A DNA stretch of 63,926 nucleotides, counting the filler, from Octopus bimaculoides (taxonomy: Eukaryota), in assembly GCF_001194135.2 (NCBI RefSeq). It is 6 parts of 6 records of this genome, joined end to end, with 100 filler letters (N's around TTAATTAATTAA, not from the genome) between each part and the next. Parts side by side here need not be neighbours in the genome. Positions count along the whole stretch, not along the records: positions 61,346 to 63,926 come from NW_026317513.1; 5 more parts are not named here. One strand, 5' to 3'. The translations under genes were made by a program, and so were the position numbers. The notes beneath the pieces were generated by a model, which was not told the DNA's origin, did no database searches, and saw only the letters and a list, made by a program, of their open reading frames with translations. Below, one piece after another: positions 61,346-63,926 of this stretch. Position 1 is the stretch's first letter. Each line of letters starts with the position of its first letter.

Positions 61346-63926
61346 ATGAAATCTTTCGAGCGAGATCATTGCCAGTGCTCCTGGGCTGGCTCTTGTGCGG
61401 ATAACACATGAGGTTTTTCGTGCGAGATCGTTGCCAGTGCCCCTGGACTGGCTNNNNNNNNNNNNNNNNNNNNNNNNNNNNNNNNNNNNNNNNNNNNNNN
61501 NNNNNNNNNNNNNNNNNNNNNNNNNNNNNNNNNNNNNNNNNNNNNNNNNNNNNNNNNNNNNNNNNNNNNNNNNNNNNNNNNNNNNNNNNNNNNNNNNNNN
61601 NNNNNNNNNNNNNNNNNNNNNNNNNNNNNNNNNNNNNNNNNNNNNNNNNNNNNNNNNNNNNNNNNNNNNNNNNNNNNNNNNNNNNNNNNNNNNNNNNNNN
61701 NNNNNNNNNNNNNNNNNNNNNNNNNNNNNNNNNNNNNNNNNNNNNNNNNNNNNNNNNNNNNNNNNNNNNNNNNNNNNNNNNNNNNNNNNNNNNNNNNNNN
61801 NNNNNNNNNNNNNNNNNNNNNNNNNNNNNNNNNNNNNNNNNNNNNNNNNNNNNNNNNCCTGGACTGGCTCATGTGCGGGCGACACATGAAATCTTTCGAG
61901 CGAGGTCATAGCCGGTGCCCCTTGGCTGGTTCTTGTGTGGGGCCGTCGTAGGATTTTCGAGCGAGATCGTTGCCAGTGCCNNNNNNNNNNNNNNNNNNNN
62001 NNNNNNNNNNNNNNNNNNNNNNNNNNNNNNNNNNNNNNNNNNNNNNNNNNNNNNNNNNNNNNNNNNNNNNNNNNNNNNNNNNNNNNNNNNNNNNNNNNNN
62101 NNNNNNNNNNNNNNNNNNNNNNNNNGTGCCACTGAACTGGCTCATTTGCGGGCGACACATGAAATGTTTCGAGCGAGATCGTTTTCGGTGCCCCAGAACT
62201 GGCTCTTGTGGGGGGCCGTCGTAAGATTTTCGAGCGAGGTCGTTGCTAGTGCCCAGAACTGGTCCATGTGCGAGCGGCACATGAAATCTTTCTAGCGAGA
62301 TCGTTGCCAGTGCCCTTGAACTGGGTCNNNNNNNNNNACATGAAATCTTTCTAGCGAGATCGTTGCCAGTGCCCTTGAACTGGGTCTTGTGTGGGGCCGT
62401 CGTAGGATTTTCAATCGAGATCGTTGCCAGTGCCCCTGGACTGGCTCATGTGCGNNNNNNNNNNNNNNNNNNNNNNNNNNNNNNNNNNNNNNNNNNNNNN
62501 NNNNNNNNNNNNNNNNNNNNNNNNNNNNNNNNNNNNNNNNNNNNACATGAAATCTTTCGAGCGGGATCGTTTCCAGTGCCCCTGGATTGGCACATATGTG
62601 GGTGACACATGAGGTTTTTCCAGCGAGATCGTTGCCGGTGACTCTGGACTGCCTTGTGTGCAGGCGACNNNNNNNNNNNNNNNNNNNNNNNNNNNNNNNN
62701 NNNNNNNNNNNNNNNNNNNNNNNNNNNNNNNNNNNNNNNNNNNNNNNNNNNNNNNNNNNNNNNNNNNNNNNNGCGGGCGACCCATGAAATCTTCCGAGCG
62801 GGATCGTTGCCAGTGCCCTGGACTAGCTCATGTGCGGGCGACACGTGAAATCTTTCGAGCGGGATCGTTGGTAGTGCCCCTGGACTGGCTCATGTGCAGG
62901 CGACACATGAAATCCTTCGAGCNNNNNNNNNNGTGCCCCTGGACTGGCTCATGTGCAGGCGACACATGAAATCCTTCGAGCGTGATCGTTGCCAGTGCCC
63001 CTGGACTGGCACTTGTGCGAGTGACATATGAAATCTTTCCAGCGAGATCGTTGCCGGTGCCACTGAAATGGCTCATGTGCGGGCGACACATGAAATCTTT
63101 CGAGCGGGATCGTTGCTANNNNNNNNNNNNNNNNNNNNNNNNNNNNNNNNNNNNNNNNNNNNNNNNNNNNNNNNNNNNNNNNNNNNNNNNNNNNNNNNNN
63201 NNNNNNNNNNNNNNNNNNNNNNNNNNNNNNNNNNNNNNNNNNNNNNNNNNNNNNNNNNNNNNNNNNNNNNNNNNNNNNNNNNNNNNNNNNNNNNNNNNNN
63301 NNNNNNNNNNNNNNNNNNNNNNNNNNNNNNNNNNNNNNNNNNNNNNNNNNNNNNNNNNNNNNNNNNNNNNNNNNNNNNNNNNNNNNNNNNNNNNNNNNNN
63401 NNNNNNNNNNNNNNNNNNNNNNNNNNNNNNNNNNNNNNNNNNNNNNNNNNNNNNNNNNNNNNNNNNNNNNNNNNNNNNNNNNNNNNNNNNNNNNNNNNNN
63501 NNNNNNNNNNNNNNNNNNNNNNNNNNNNNNNNNNNNNNNNNNNNNNNNNNNNNNNNNNNNNNNNNNNNNNNNNNNNNNNNNNNNNNNNNNNNNNNNNNNN
63601 NNNNNNNNNNNNNNNNNNNNNNNNNNNNNNNNNNNNNNNNNNNNNNNNNNNNNNNNNNNNNNNNNNNNNNNNNNNNNNNNNNNNNNNNNNNNNNNNNNNN
63701 NNNNNCGAGATCGTTGCCAGTGCCCCTGGAGTGGCTTCTGTGCGGGTGACACATGAAATGTTTCGAGCGAGATCGTTGCCGGTTCCCCTGAACTGGCTCT
63801 TGTGCGGGGCNNNNNNNNNNACTGGCTCTTGTGCGGGGCCGTCGTGGGATTTTCGAGCGAGATCGTTGCCGGTGCCCCTGGAATGGCTCATTTGCGGCCG
63901 ACAGATGAAATCTTTCGAGCTGGATC
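61346..63926. repeat. GC/CpG-rich satellite, ~62-bp unit with variant monomers
   Basis: CATGAAATCTTTCGAGCGAGATCGTTGCCAGTGCCCCTGGACTGGCTCATGTGCGGGCGACA recurs at 61-62 bp spacing (e.g. 62783, 62844, 62906; 63027, 63089). Confidence 0.95.

Noticed and set aside
61346-63926. CRISPR-like regular repeats
   Set aside because: Head-to-tail monomers without unique spacers, eukaryotic context, no cas genes.

Overview
Repeat-rich, AT-rich animal genomic DNA, most likely an octopus (inferred from the SINE families and the dense TA/CA/TACA microsatellites; not verified by a search). The window is not one contig. Five identical 100-nt spacers (44 N + TTAATTAATTAA + 44 N) join six pieces: 1-7223, 7324-22594, 22695-40122, 40223-51024, 51125-61245 and 61346-63926. 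Host genes: the first coding exon of an SLC6 amino-acid-type transporter (22114-22273) and a minus-strand cluster of three rhodopsin-like GPCR paralogues, one intact (46203-47132), one frameshifted and one fragmentary. The rest is mobile DNA and repeats: tRNA-derived SINEs, Tx1/L1-like, RTE and Penelope-like retroelements, Tc1/mariner elements, Helitrons, palindromic MITEs and a 62-bp GC-rich satellite. Main result: an apparent three-member retroelement system. A Tx1-like LINE, several ORF1-only (half-LINE) derivatives and a tRNA-derived SINE share one ~45-nt 3' tail ending AATAAAGAAAT. They repeatedly have junctions at the same 12-nt site (GGTATTTCGTCT) inside the head of that SINE, which suggests a LINE that targets the SINE it also mobilises.
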